DNA of 62,599 nt, counting the filler, from Mytilus trossulus (Eukaryota), in assembly GCF_036588685.1 (NCBI RefSeq). It is 2 parts of one record of this genome, joined end to end, with 100 filler letters (N's around TTAATTAATTAA, not from the genome) between each part and the next. Parts side by side here need not be neighbours in the genome. Positions count along the whole stretch, not along the records: positions 1 to 31,131 come from NC_086377.1; 1 more part is not named here. One strand, given 5' to 3'. Position numbers and translations under genes: made by a program. This document shows positions 1-13,407 of the stretch, piece by piece (the first letter of the stretch is position 1; the number at the start of each line of letters is the position of its first letter). The notes under the pieces were generated by a model. That model searched no databases. It saw nothing but the letters and a program-made list of their open reading frames with translations, and was not told the DNA's origin.

Positions 1-35
1 GGCAGGCGAGCATTCTACCACTGAACCACCGATGC
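1..35 (-). tRNA. tRNA-Gly(GCC), partial (cut by window edge)
   Basis: 5' half of the same gene as 1069-1139. Confidence 0.85.
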
Positions 36-664
36 TTATAACACATAATGTCTAACTCGATCATATAAGGACAGTACATGATTACCACGTGTTACATGGT
101 ATGTATGATAGATGGCATGTTTATTATTCAACATTGTCGGTACAACGTGTAGGAACACGAAAAACATGATTGACAAGAGACAAACGATGTGCATTTAGTA
201 CTTACTTAATTGCCAATCTGCGACATAATCTCGTGATTCAAATTCTATGCTTAGTGTGTATATGCCGTCGGTTTCGCGTCAGTAATTTAATTGAAACCGC
301 TTCACAATGGAAATCTAGATGTAAAAAGGGGGAGTGGTCGATTAATCCATTTCGGTAAATGAACATTAATTACGGCCACTGTAACATGTGTAATAAAGTA
401 TTTAGTTTTGGCGATTTTGCCGACAAACTACCTGTACATTACAATTACATTATTTCTTTACTTTTTTAAGATCGAACGAAATACACCTTCAGAACATTCC
501 TGCTATATGTTTGTATAAGAAAGGTAGACAGGGTTAGCTTTGAAATGATTTACTTTGATGCAGACTCACAATTATCATATGTTGACACAAACATGGTTTA
601 AGCACAGTGATCAAACAGTCGATTCCTGCTTATATGTAGCTTAAATTAAGCTTGTTATAGTAAG

Positions 665-736
665 TCCGATGTGGTCTAGTGGTTAGGATTTCTGGTTTTC
701 ACCCAGACGGCCCGGGTTCGATTCCCGGCATCGGAG
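665..736 (+). tRNA. tRNA-Glu(TTC)
   Basis: Acceptor TCCGATG/CATCGGA, A box TGGTCTAGTGG, anticodon stem TCTGG/CCAGA with loop TT-TTC-AC, T arm CCGGG-TTCGATT-CCCGG, TTTTT Pol III terminator a few nt downstream. Confidence 0.96.
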
Positions 737-1068
737 CTTTAGTTTTTGGTCATCTTTATCACATTACTGTTGTTGTAATACATGCCATTAGGAAAGAAAA
801 AGTTACAGATGAGAAGTGTATTTAGTTTAGACTTTTCCGACTTTCAACTGACATGATAGGAAATAGTTACATCATTTGGTATTCCTACATTTGTAAAAGG
901 ACATTTTCAAAAAGACTGTAGTAGTTGTTTGAATGTTGTAACATATCACCACAATTAATTTCAAACAACGTCCATAATTGTTACGTATTGAAACTATAAA
1001 ACTGTGCTATCCTCACTCTACATTGCCAGTTGGTACTTTAGAAAGTGGCAAAGATAAGAAAAAAGAAA

Positions 1069-1139
1069 TGCATCGGCCGGGAATCGAACCCGGGCCGCCC
1101 GCGTGGCAGGCGAGCATTCTACCACTGAACCACCGATGC
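1069..1139 (-). tRNA. tRNA-Gly(GCC)
   Basis: Reverse complement GCATCGGTGGTTCAGTGGTAGAATGCTCGCCTGCCACGCGGGCGGCCCGGGTTCGATTCCCGGCCGATGCA; anticodon loop CT-GCC-AC; followed by TTTCTTTTTT terminator. Confidence 0.96.
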
Positions 1140-1768
1140 TTATAACACATAATGTCTAACTCGATCATATAAGGACAGTACATGATTACCACGTGTTACA
1201 TGGTATGTATGATAGATGGCATGTTTATTATTCAACATTGTCGGTACAACGTGTAGGAACACGAAAAACATGATTGACAAGAGACAAACGATGTGCATTT
1301 AGTACTTACTTAATTGCCAATCTGCGACATAATCTCGTGATTCAAATTCTATGCTTAGTGTGTATATGCCGTCGGTTTCGCGTCAGTAATTTAATTGAAA
1401 CCGCTTCACAATGGAAATCTAGATGTAAAAAGGGGGAGTGGTCGATTAATCCATTTCGGTAAATGAACATTAATTACGGCCACTGTAACATGTGTAATAA
1501 AGTATTTAGTTTTGGCGATTTTGCCGACAAACTACCTGTACATTACAATTACATTATTTCTTTACTTTTTTAAGATCGAACGAAATACACCTTCAGAACA
1601 TTCCTGCTATATGTTTGTATAAGAAAGGTAGACAGGGTTAGCTTTGAAATGATTTACTTTGATGCAGACTCACAATTATCATATGTTGACACAAACATGG
1701 TTTAAGCACAGTGATCAAACAGTCGATTCCTGCTTATATGTAGCTTAAATTAAGCTTGTTATAGTAAG

Positions 1769-1840
1769 TCCGATGTGGTCTAGTGGTTAGGATTTCTGGT
1801 TTTCACCCAGACGGCCCGGGTTCGATTCCCGGCATCGGAG
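1769..1840 (+). tRNA. tRNA-Glu(TTC)
   Basis: Identical to 665-736. Confidence 0.95.
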
Positions 1841-2172
1841 CTTTAGTTTTTGGTCATCTTTATCACATTACTGTTGTTGTAATACATGCCATTAGGAAAG
1901 AAAAAGTTACAGATGAGAAGTGTATTTAGTTTAGACTTTTCCGACTTTCAACTGACATGATAGGAAATAGTTACATCATTTGGTATTCCTACATTTGTAA
2001 AAGGACATTTTCAAAAAGACTGTAGTAGTTGTTTGAATGTTGTAACATATCACCACAATTAATTTCAAACAACGTCCATAATTGTTACGTATTGAAACTA
2101 TAAAACTGTGCTATCCTCACTCTACATTGCCAGTTGGTACTTTAGAAAGTGGCAAAGATAAGAAAAAAGAAA

Positions 2173-2243
2173 TGCATCGGCCGGGAATCGAACCCGGGCC
2201 GCCCGCGTGGCAGGCGAGCATTCTACCACTGAACCACCGATGC
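2173..2243 (-). tRNA. tRNA-Gly(GCC)
   Basis: Identical to 1069-1139. Confidence 0.95.
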
Positions 2244-2872
2244 TTATAACACATAATGTCTAACTCGATCATATAAGGACAGTACATGATTACCACGTGT
2301 TACATGGTATGTATGATAGATGGCATGTTTATTATTCAACATTGTCGGTACAACGTGTAGGAACACGAAAAACATGATTGACAAGAGACAAACGATGTGC
2401 ATTTAGTACTTACTTAATTGCCAATCTGCGACATAATCTCGTGATTCAAATTCTATGCTTAGTGTGTATATGCCGTCGGTTTCGCGTCAGTAATTTAATT
2501 GAAACCGCTTCACAATGGAAATCTAGATGTAAAAAGGGGGAGTGGTCGATTAATCCATTTCGGTAAATGAACATTAATTACGGCCACTGTAACATGTGTA
2601 ATAAAGTATTTAGTTTTGGCGATTTTGCCGACAAACTACCTGTACATTACAATTACATTATTTCTTTACTTTTTTAAGATCGAACGAAATACACCTTCAG
2701 AACATTCCTGCTATATGTTTGTATAAGAAAGGTAGACAGGGTTAGCTTTGAAATGATTTACTTTGATGCAGACTCACAATTATCATATGTTGACACAAAC
2801 ATGGTTTAAGCACAGTGATCAAACAGTCGATTCCTGCTTATATGTAGCTTAAATTAAGCTTGTTATAGTAAG

Positions 2873-2944
2873 TCCGATGTGGTCTAGTGGTTAGGATTTC
2901 TGGTTTTCACCCAGACGGCCCGGGTTCGATTCCCGGCATCGGAG
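2873..2944 (+). tRNA. tRNA-Glu(TTC)
   Basis: Identical to 665-736. Confidence 0.95.
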
Positions 2945-3276
2945 CTTTAGTTTTTGGTCATCTTTATCACATTACTGTTGTTGTAATACATGCCATTAGG
3001 AAAGAAAAAGTTACAGATGAGAAGTGTATTTAGTTTAGACTTTTCCGACTTTCAACTGACATGATAGGAAATAGTTACATCATTTGGTATTCCTACATTT
3101 GTAAAAGGACATTTTCAAAAAGACTGTAGTAGTTGTTTGAATGTTGTAACATATCACCACAATTAATTTCAAACAACGTCCATAATTGTTACGTATTGAA
3201 ACTATAAAACTGTGCTATCCTCACTCTACATTGCCAGTTGGTACTTTAGAAAGTGGCAAAGATAAGAAAAAAGAAA

Positions 3277-3347
3277 TGCATCGGCCGGGAATCGAACCCG
3301 GGCCGCCCGCGTGGCAGGCGAGCATTCTACCACTGAACCACCGATGC
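3277..3347 (-). tRNA. tRNA-Gly(GCC)
   Basis: Identical to 1069-1139. Confidence 0.95.
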
Positions 3348-3976
3348 TTATAACACATAATGTCTAACTCGATCATATAAGGACAGTACATGATTACCAC
3401 GTGTTACATGGTATGTATGATAGATGGCATGTTTATTATTCAACATTGTCGGTACAACGTGTAGGAACACGAAAAACATGATTGACAAGAGACAAACGAT
3501 GTGCATTTAGTACTTACTTAATTGCCAATCTGCGACATAATCTCGTGATTCAAATTCTATGCTTAGTGTGTATATGCCGTCGGTTTCGCGTCAGTAATTT
3601 AATTGAAACCGCTTCACAATGGAAATCTAGATGTAAAAAGGGGGAGTGGTCGATTAATCCATTTCGGTAAATGAACATTAATTACGGCCACTGTAACATG
3701 TGTAATAAAGTATTTAGTTTTGGCGATTTTGCCGACAAACTACCTGTACATTACAATTACATTATTTCTTTACTTTTTTAAGATCGAACGAAATACACCT
3801 TCAGAACATTCCTGCTATATGTTTGTATAAGAAAGGTAGACAGGGTTAGCTTTGAAATGATTTACTTTGATGCAGACTCACAATTATCATATGTTGACAC
3901 AAACATGGTTTAAGCACAGTGATCAAACAGTCGATTCCTGCTTATATGTAGCTTAAATTAAGCTTGTTATAGTAAG

Positions 3977-4048
3977 TCCGATGTGGTCTAGTGGTTAGGA
4001 TTTCTGGTTTTCACCCAGACGGCCCGGGTTCGATTCCCGGCATCGGAG
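3977..4048 (+). tRNA. tRNA-Glu(TTC)
   Basis: Identical to 665-736. Confidence 0.95.
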
Positions 4049-4380
4049 CTTTAGTTTTTGGTCATCTTTATCACATTACTGTTGTTGTAATACATGCCAT
4101 TAGGAAAGAAAAAGTTACAGATGAGAAGTGTATTTAGTTTAGACTTTTCCGACTTTCAACTGACATGATAGGAAATAGTTACATCATTTGGTATTCCTAC
4201 ATTTGTAAAAGGACATTTTCAAAAAGACTGTAGTAGTTGTTTGAATGTTGTAACATATCACCACAATTAATTTCAAACAACGTCCATAATTGTTACGTAT
4301 TGAAACTATAAAACTGTGCTATCCTCACTCTACATTGCCAGTTGGTACTTTAGAAAGTGGCAAAGATAAGAAAAAAGAAA

Positions 4381-4451
4381 TGCATCGGCCGGGAATCGAA
4401 CCCGGGCCGCCCGCGTGGCAGGCGAGCATTCTACCACTGAACCACCGATGC
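4381..4451 (-). tRNA. tRNA-Gly(GCC)
   Basis: Identical to 1069-1139. Confidence 0.95.
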
Positions 4452-5080
4452 TTATAACACATAATGTCTAACTCGATCATATAAGGACAGTACATGATTA
4501 CCACGTGTTACATGGTATGTATGATAGATGGCATGTTTATTATTCAACATTGTCGGTACAACGTGTAGGAACACGAAAAACATGATTGACAAGAGACAAA
4601 CGATGTGCATTTAGTACTTACTTAATTGCCAATCTGCGACATAATCTCGTGATTCAAATTCTATGCTTAGTGTGTATATGCCGTCGGTTTCGCGTCAGTA
4701 ATTTAATTGAAACCGCTTCACAATGGAAATCTAGATGTAAAAAGGGGGAGTGGTCGATTAATCCATTTCGGTAAATGAACATTAATTACGGCCACTGTAA
4801 CATGTGTAATAAAGTATTTAGTTTTGGCGATTTTGCCGACAAACTACCTGTACATTACAATTACATTATTTCTTTACTTTTTTAAGATCGAACGAAATAC
4901 ACCTTCAGAACATTCCTGCTATATGTTTGTATAAGAAAGGTAGACAGGGTTAGCTTTGAAATGATTTACTTTGATGCAGACTCACAATTATCATATGTTG
5001 ACACAAACATGGTTTAAGCACAGTGATCAAACAGTCGATTCCTGCTTATATGTAGCTTAAATTAAGCTTGTTATAGTAAG

Positions 5081-5152
5081 TCCGATGTGGTCTAGTGGTT
5101 AGGATTTCTGGTTTTCACCCAGACGGCCCGGGTTCGATTCCCGGCATCGGAG
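5081..5152 (+). tRNA. tRNA-Glu(TTC)
   Basis: Identical to 665-736. Confidence 0.95.
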
Positions 5153-5484
5153 CTTTAGTTTTTGGTCATCTTTATCACATTACTGTTGTTGTAATACATG
5201 CCATTAGGAAAGAAAAAGTTACAGATGAGAAGTGTATTTAGTTTAGACTTTTCCGACTTTCAACTGACATGATAGGAAATAGTTACATCATTTGGTATTC
5301 CTACATTTGTAAAAGGACATTTTCAAAAAGACTGTAGTAGTTGTTTGAATGTTGTAACATATCACCACAATTAATTTCAAACAACGTCCATAATTGTTAC
5401 GTATTGAAACTATAAAACTGTGCTATCCTCACTCTACATTGCCAGTTGGTACTTTAGAAAGTGGCAAAGATAAGAAAAAAGAAA

Positions 5485-5555
5485 TGCATCGGCCGGGAAT
5501 CGAACCCGGGCCGCCCGCGTGGCAGGCGAGCATTCTACCACTGAACCACCGATGC
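5485..5555 (-). tRNA. tRNA-Gly(GCC)
   Basis: Identical to 1069-1139. Confidence 0.95.
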
Positions 5556-6184
5556 TTATAACACATAATGTCTAACTCGATCATATAAGGACAGTACATG
5601 ATTACCACGTGTTACATGGTATGTATGATAGATGGCATGTTTATTATTCAACATTGTCGGTACAACGTGTAGGAACACGAAAAACATGATTGACAAGAGA
5701 CAAACGATGTGCATTTAGTACTTACTTAATTGCCAATCTGCGACATAATCTCGTGATTCAAATTCTATGCTTAGTGTGTATATGCCGTCGGTTTCGCGTC
5801 AGTAATTTAATTGAAACCGCTTCACAATGGAAATCTAGATGTAAAAAGGGGGAGTGGTCGATTAATCCATTTCGGTAAATGAACATTAATTACGGCCACT
5901 GTAACATGTGTAATAAAGTATTTAGTTTTGGCGATTTTGCCGACAAACTACCTGTACATTACAATTACATTATTTCTTTACTTTTTTAAGATCGAACGAA
6001 ATACACCTTCAGAACATTCCTGCTATATGTTTGTATAAGAAAGGTAGACAGGGTTAGCTTTGAAATGATTTACTTTGATGCAGACTCACAATTATCATAT
6101 GTTGACACAAACATGGTTTAAGCACAGTGATCAAACAGTCGATTCCTGCTTATATGTAGCTTAAATTAAGCTTGTTATAGTAAG

Positions 6185-6256
6185 TCCGATGTGGTCTAGT
6201 GGTTAGGATTTCTGGTTTTCACCCAGACGGCCCGGGTTCGATTCCCGGCATCGGAG
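6185..6256 (+). tRNA. tRNA-Glu(TTC)
   Basis: Identical to 665-736. Confidence 0.95.
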
Positions 6257-6588
6257 CTTTAGTTTTTGGTCATCTTTATCACATTACTGTTGTTGTAATA
6301 CATGCCATTAGGAAAGAAAAAGTTACAGATGAGAAGTGTATTTAGTTTAGACTTTTCCGACTTTCAACTGACATGATAGGAAATAGTTACATCATTTGGT
6401 ATTCCTACATTTGTAAAAGGACATTTTCAAAAAGACTGTAGTAGTTGTTTGAATGTTGTAACATATCACCACAATTAATTTCAAACAACGTCCATAATTG
6501 TTACGTATTGAAACTATAAAACTGTGCTATCCTCACTCTACATTGCCAGTTGGTACTTTAGAAAGTGGCAAAGATAAGAAAAAAGAAA

Positions 6589-6659
6589 TGCATCGGCCGG
6601 GAATCGAACCCGGGCCGCCCGCGTGGCAGGCGAGCATTCTACCACTGAACCACCGATGC
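6589..6659 (-). tRNA. tRNA-Gly(GCC)
   Basis: Identical to 1069-1139. Confidence 0.95.
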
Positions 6660-7287
6660 TTATAACACATAATGTCTAACTCGATCATATAAGGACAGTA
6701 CATGATTACCACGTGTTACATGGTATGTATGATAGATGGCATGTTTATTATTCAACATTGTCGGTACAACGTGTAGGAACACGAAAAACATGATTGACAA
6801 GAGACAAACGATGTGCATTTAGTACTTACTTAATTGCCAATCTGCGACATAATCTCGTGATTCAAATTCTATGCTTAGTGTGTATATGCCGTCGGTTTCG
6901 CGTCAGTAATTTAATTGAAACCGCTTCACAATGGAAATCTAGATGTAAAAAGGGGGAGTGGTCGATTAATCCATTTCGGTAAATGAACATTAATTACGGC
7001 CACTGTAACATGTGTAATAAAGTATTTAGTTTTGGCGATTTTGCCGACAAACTACCTGTACATTACAATTACATTATTTCTTTACTTTTTAAGATCGAAC
7101 GAAATACACCTTCAGAACATTCCTGCTATATGTTTGTATAAGAAAGGTAGACAGGGTTAGCTTTGAAATGATTTACTTTGATGCAGACTCACAATTATCA
7201 TATGTTGACACAAACATGGTTTAAGCACAGTGATCAAACAGTCGATTCCTGCTTATATGTAGCTTAAATTAAGCTTGTTATAGTAAG

Positions 7288-7359
7288 TCCGATGTGGTCT
7301 AGTGGTTAGGATTTCTGGTTTTCACCCAGACGGCCCGGGTTCGATTCCCGGCATCGGAG
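7288..7359 (+). tRNA. tRNA-Glu(TTC)
   Basis: Identical to 665-736. Confidence 0.95.
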
Positions 7360-7691
7360 CTTTAGTTTTTGGTCATCTTTATCACATTACTGTTGTTGTA
7401 ATACATGCCATTAGGAAAGAAAAAGTTACAGATGAGAAGTGTATTTAGTTTAGACTTTTCCGACTTTCAACTGACATGATAGGAAATAGTTACATCATTT
7501 GGTATTCCTACATTTGTAAAAGGACATTTTCAAAAAGACTGTAGTAGTTGTTTGAATGTTGTAACATATCACCACAATTAATTTCAAACAACGTCCATAA
7601 TTGTTACGTATTGAAACTATAAAACTGTGCTATCCTCACTCTACATTGCCAGTTGGTACTTTAGAAAGTGGCAAAGATAAGAAAAAAGAAA

Positions 7692-7762
7692 TGCATCGGC
7701 CGGGAATCGAACCCGGGCCGCCCGCGTGGCAGGCGAGCATTCTACCACTGAACCACCGATGC
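7692..7762 (-). tRNA. tRNA-Gly(GCC)
   Basis: Identical to 1069-1139. Confidence 0.95.
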
Positions 7763-8391
7763 TTATAACACATAATGTCTAACTCGATCATATAAGGACA
7801 GTACATGATTACCACGTGTTACATGGTATGTATGATAGATGGCATGTTTATTATTCAACATTGTCGGTACAACGTGTAGGAACACGAAAAACATGATTGA
7901 CAAGAGACAAACGATGTGCATTTAGTACTTACTTAATTGCCAATCTGCGACATAATCTCGTGATTCAAATTCTATGCTTAGTGTGTATATGCCGTCGGTT
8001 TCGCGTCAGTAATTTAATTGAAACCGCTTCACAATGGAAATCTAGATGTAAAAAGGGGGAGTGGTCGATTAATCCATTTCGGTAAATGAACATTAATTAC
8101 GGCCACTGTAACATGTGTAATAAAGTATTTAGTTTTGGCGATTTTGCCGACAAACTACCTGTACATTACAATTACATTATTTCTTTACTTTTTTAAGATC
8201 GAACGAAATACACCTTCAGAACATTCCTGCTATATGTTTGTATAAGAAAGGTAGACAGGGTTAGCTTTGAAATGATTTACTTTGATGCAGACTCACAATT
8301 ATCATATGTTGACACAAACATGGTTTAAGCACAGTGATCAAACAGTCGATTCCTGCTTATATGTAGCTTAAATTAAGCTTGTTATAGTAAG

Positions 8392-8463
8392 TCCGATGTG
8401 GTCTAGTGGTTAGGATTTCTGGTTTTCACCCAGACGGCCCGGGTTCGATTCCCGGCATCGGAG
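8392..8463 (+). tRNA. tRNA-Glu(TTC)
   Basis: Identical to 665-736. Confidence 0.95.
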
Positions 8464-8795
8464 CTTTAGTTTTTGGTCATCTTTATCACATTACTGTTGT
8501 TGTAATACATGCCATTAGGAAAGAAAAAGTTACAGATGAGAAGTGTATTTAGTTTAGACTTTTCCGACTTTCAACTGACATGATAGGAAATAGTTACATC
8601 ATTTGGTATTCCTACATTTGTAAAAGGACATTTTCAAAAAGACTGTAGTAGTTGTTTGAATGTTGTAACATATCACCACAATTAATTTCAAACAACGTCC
8701 ATAATTGTTACGTATTGAAACTATAAAACTGTGCTATCCTCACTCTACATTGCCAGTTGGTACTTTAGAAAGTGGCAAAGATAAGAAAAAAGAAA

Positions 8796-8866
8796 TGCAT
8801 CGGCCGGGAATCGAACCCGGGCCGCCCGCGTGGCAGGCGAGCATTCTACCACTGAACCACCGATGC
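8796..8866 (-). tRNA. tRNA-Gly(GCC)
   Basis: Identical to 1069-1139. Confidence 0.95.
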
Positions 8867-9495
8867 TTATAACACATAATGTCTAACTCGATCATATAAG
8901 GACAGTACATGATTACCACGTGTTACATGGTATGTATGATAGATGGCATGTTTATTATTCAACATTGTCGGTACAACGTGTAGGAACACGAAAAACATGA
9001 TTGACAAGAGACAAACGATGTGCATTTAGTACTTACTTAATTGCCAATCTGCGACATAATCTCGTGATTCAAATTCTATGCTTAGTGTGTATATGCCGTC
9101 GGTTTCGCGTCAGTAATTTAATTGAAACCGCTTCACAATGGAAATCTAGATGTAAAAAGGGGGAGTGGTCGATTAATCCATTTCGGTAAATGAACATTAA
9201 TTACGGCCACTGTAACATGTGTAATAAAGTATTTAGTTTTGGCGATTTTGCCGACAAACTACCTGTACATTACAATTACATTATTTCTTTACTTTTTTAA
9301 GATCGAACGAAATACACCTTCAGAACATTCCTGCTATATGTTTGTATAAGAAAGGTAGACAGGGTTAGCTTTGAAATGATTTACTTTGATGCAGACTCAC
9401 AATTATCATATGTTGACACAAACATGGTTTAAGCACAGTGATCAAACAGTCGATTCCTGCTTATATGTAGCTTAAATTAAGCTTGTTATAGTAAG

Positions 9496-9567
9496 TCCGA
9501 TGTGGTCTAGTGGTTAGGATTTCTGGTTTTCACCCAGACGGCCCGGGTTCGATTCCCGGCATCGGAG
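9496..9567 (+). tRNA. tRNA-Glu(TTC)
   Basis: Identical to 665-736. Confidence 0.95.
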
Positions 9568-9899
9568 CTTTAGTTTTTGGTCATCTTTATCACATTACTG
9601 TTGTTGTAATACATGCCATTAGGAAAGAAAAAGTTACAGATGAGAAGTGTATTTAGTTTAGACTTTTCCGACTTTCAACTGACATGATAGGAAATAGTTA
9701 CATCATTTGGTATTCCTACATTTGTAAAAGGACATTTTCAAAAAGACTGTAGTAGTTGTTTGAATGTTGTAACATATCACCACAATTAATTTCAAACAAC
9801 GTCCATAATTGTTACGTATTGAAACTATAAAACTGTGCTATCCTCACTCTACATTGCCAGTTGGTACTTTAGAAAGTGGCAAAGATAAGAAAAAAGAAA

Positions 9900-9970
9900 T
9901 GCATCGGCCGGGAATCGAACCCGGGCCGCCCGCGTGGCAGGCGAGCATTCTACCACTGAACCACCGATGC
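9900..9970 (-). tRNA. tRNA-Gly(GCC)
   Basis: Identical to 1069-1139. Confidence 0.95.
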
Positions 9971-10599
9971 TTATAACACATAATGTCTAACTCGATCATA
10001 TAAGGACAGTACATGATTACCACGTGTTACATGGTATGTATGATAGATGGCATGTTTATTATTCAACATTGTCGGTACAACGTGTAGGAACACGAAAAAC
10101 ATGATTGACAAGAGACAAACGATGTGCATTTAGTACTTACTTAATTGCCAATCTGCGACATAATCTCGTGATTCAAATTCTATGCTTAGTGTGTATATGC
10201 CGTCGGTTTCGCGTCAGTAATTTAATTGAAACCGCTTCACAATGGAAATCTAGATGTAAAAAGGGGGAGTGGTCGATTAATCCATTTCGGTAAATGAACA
10301 TTAATTACGGCCACTGTAACATGTGTAATAAAGTATTTAGTTTTGGCGATTTTGCCGACAAACTACCTGTACATTACAATTACATTATTTCTTTACTTTT
10401 TTAAGATCGAACGAAATACACCTTCAGAACATTCCTGCTATATGTTTGTATAAGAAAGGTAGACAGGGTTAGCTTTGAAATGATTTACTTTGATGCAGAC
10501 TCACAATTATCATATGTTGACACAAACATGGTTTAAGCACAGTGATCAAACAGTCGATTCCTGCTTATATGTAGCTTAAATTAAGCTTGTTATAGTAAG

Positions 10600-10671
10600 T
10601 CCGATGTGGTCTAGTGGTTAGGATTTCTGGTTTTCACCCAGACGGCCCGGGTTCGATTCCCGGCATCGGAG
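10600..10671 (+). tRNA. tRNA-Glu(TTC)
   Basis: Identical to 665-736. Confidence 0.95.
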
Positions 10672-11003
10672 CTTTAGTTTTTGGTCATCTTTATCACATT
10701 ACTGTTGTTGTAATACATGCCATTAGGAAAGAAAAAGTTACAGATGAGAAGTGTATTTAGTTTAGACTTTTCCGACTTTCAACTGACATGATAGGAAATA
10801 GTTACATCATTTGGTATTCCTACATTTGTAAAAGGACATTTTCAAAAAGACTGTAGTAGTTGTTTGAATGTTGTAACATATCACCACAATTAATTTCAAA
10901 CAACGTCCATAATTGTTACGTATTGAAACTATAAAACTGTGCTATCCTCACTCTACATTGCCAGTTGGTACTTTAGAAAGTGGCAAAGATAAGAAAAAAG
11001 AAA

Positions 11004-11074
11004 TGCATCGGCCGGGAATCGAACCCGGGCCGCCCGCGTGGCAGGCGAGCATTCTACCACTGAACCACCGATGC
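11004..11074 (-). tRNA. tRNA-Gly(GCC)
   Basis: Identical to 1069-1139. Confidence 0.95.
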
Positions 11075-11703
11075 TTATAACACATAATGTCTAACTCGAT
11101 CATATAAGGACAGTACATGATTACCACGTGTTACATGGTATGTATGATAGATGGCATGTTTATTATTCAACATTGTCGGTACAACGTGTAGGAACACGAA
11201 AAACATGATTGACAAGAGACAAACGATGTGCATTTAGTACTTACTTAATTGCCAATCTGCGACATAATCTCGTGATTCAAATTCTATGCTTAGTGTGTAT
11301 ATGCCGTCGGTTTCGCGTCAGTAATTTAATTGAAACCGCTTCACAATGGAAATCTAGATGTAAAAAGGGGGAGTGGTCGATTAATCCATTTCGGTAAATG
11401 AACATTAATTACGGCCACTGTAACATGTGTAATAAAGTATTTAGTTTTGGCGATTTTGCCGACAAACTACCTGTACATTACAATTACATTATTTCTTTAC
11501 TTTTTTAAGATCGAACGAAATACACCTTCAGAACATTCCTGCTATATGTTTGTATAAGAAAGGTAGACAGGGTTAGCTTTGAAATGATTTACTTTGATGC
11601 AGACTCACAATTATCATATGTTGACACAAACATGGTTTAAGCACAGTGATCAAACAGTCGATTCCTGCTTATATGTAGCTTAAATTAAGCTTGTTATAGT
11701 AAG

Positions 11704-11750
11704 TCCGATGTGGTCTAGTGGTTAGGATTTCTGGTTTTCACCCAGACGGC
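11704..11750 (+). tRNA. tRNA-Glu(TTC), truncated by assembly gap
   Basis: First 47 nt of the gene, then Ns. Confidence 0.8.
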
Positions 11751-11850
11751 NNNNNNNNNNNNNNNNNNNNNNNNNNNNNNNNNNNNNNNNNNNNNNNNNN
11801 NNNNNNNNNNNNNNNNNNNNNNNNNNNNNNNNNNNNNNNNNNNNNNNNNN
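11751..11850. other. Assembly gap (100 N) inside the tRNA array
   Basis: N run; repeat phase jumps across it. Confidence 0.99.
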
Positions 11851-12234
11851 TCAGTAATTTAATTGAAACCGCTTCACAAATGGAAATCTAGATGTAAAAA
11901 GGGGGAGTGGTCGATTAATCCATTTCGGTAAATGAACATTAATTACGGCCACTGTAACATGTGTAATAAAGTATTTAGTTTTGGCGATTTGCCGACAAAC
12001 TACCTGTACATTACAATTACATTATTTCTTTACTTTTTTAAGATCGAACGAAATACACCTTCAGAACATTCCTGCTATATGTTTGTATAAGAAAGGTAGA
12101 CAGGGTTAGCTTTGAATGATTTACTTTGATGCAGACTCACAATATCATATGTTGACACAAACATGGTTTAAGCACAGTGATCAAACAGTCGATTCCTGCT
12201 TATATGTAGCTTAAATTAAGCTTGTTATAGTAAG

Positions 12235-12304
12235 TCCGATGTGGTCTAGTGGTTAGGATTTCTGGTTTCACCCAGACGGCCCGGGTTCGATTCCCGCATC
12301 GGAG
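12235..12304 (+). tRNA. tRNA-Glu(TTC) with two 1-bp deletions (probable sequencing error)
   Basis: Homopolymer deletions in anticodon loop and T stem; lies in the indel-rich contig end. Confidence 0.7.
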
Positions 12305-12634
12305 CTTTAGTTTTTGGTCATCTTTATCACATTACTGTTGTTGTAATACATGCCATTAGAAAGAAAAGTTACAGATGAGAAGTGTATTTAGTTTAGACTT
12401 TTCCGACTTTCAACTGACATGATAGGAAATAGTTACATCATTTGGTATTCCTACATTTGTAAAAGGACATTTTCAAAAAGACTGTAGTAGTTGTTTGAAT
12501 GTTGTAACATATCACCACAATTAATTTCAAACAACGTCCATAATTGTTACGTATTGAAACTATAAAACTGTGCTATCCTCACTCTACATTGCCAGTTGGT
12601 ACTTTAGAAAGTGGCAAAGATAAGAAAAAAGAAA

Positions 12635-12706
12635 TGCATCGGCCGGGAATCGAACCCCGGGCCGCCCGCGTGGCAGGCGAGCATTCTACCACTGAACCAC
12701 CGATGC
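12635..12706 (-). tRNA. tRNA-Gly(GCC) with 1-bp insertion (probable sequencing error)
   Basis: Extra base in the T-stem homopolymer. Confidence 0.75.
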
Positions 12707-13336
12707 TTATAACACATAATGTCTAACTCGATCATATAAGGACAGTACATGATTACCACGTGTTACATGGTATGTATGATAGATGGCATGTTTTATTATT
12801 CAACATTGTCGGTACAACGTGTAGGAACACGAAAAACATGATTGACAAGAGACAACGATGTGCATTTAGTACTTACTTAATTGCCAATCTGCGACATAAT
12901 CTCGTGATTCAAATTCTATGCTTAGTGTGTATATGCCGTCGGTTTCGCGTCAGTAATTTAATTGAAACCGCTTCACAATGGAAATCTAGATGTAAAAAGG
13001 GGGAGTGGTCGATTAATCCATTTCGGTAAATGAACATTAATTACGGCCACTGTAACATGTGTAATAAAGTATTTAGTTTTGGCGATTTTGCCGACAAACT
13101 ACCTGTACATTACAATTACATTATTTCTTTACTTTTTTAAGATCGAACGAAATACACCTTCAGAACATTCCTGCTATATGTTTGTTATAAGAAAGGTAGA
13201 CAGGGTTAGCTTTGAAATGATTTACTTTGATGCAGACTCACAATTATCATATGTTGACACAAACATGGTTTAAGCACAGTGATCAAACAGTCGATTCCTG
13301 CTTATATGTAGCTTAAATTAAGCTTGTTATAGTAAG

Positions 13337-13407
13337 TCCGATGTGGTCTAGTGGTTAGGATTTCTGGTTTTCACCCAGACGGCCCGGTTCGATTCCCGGC
13401 ATCGGAG
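13337..13407 (+). tRNA. tRNA-Glu(TTC) with 1-bp deletion
   Basis: GGG to GG in the T stem. Confidence 0.75.
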
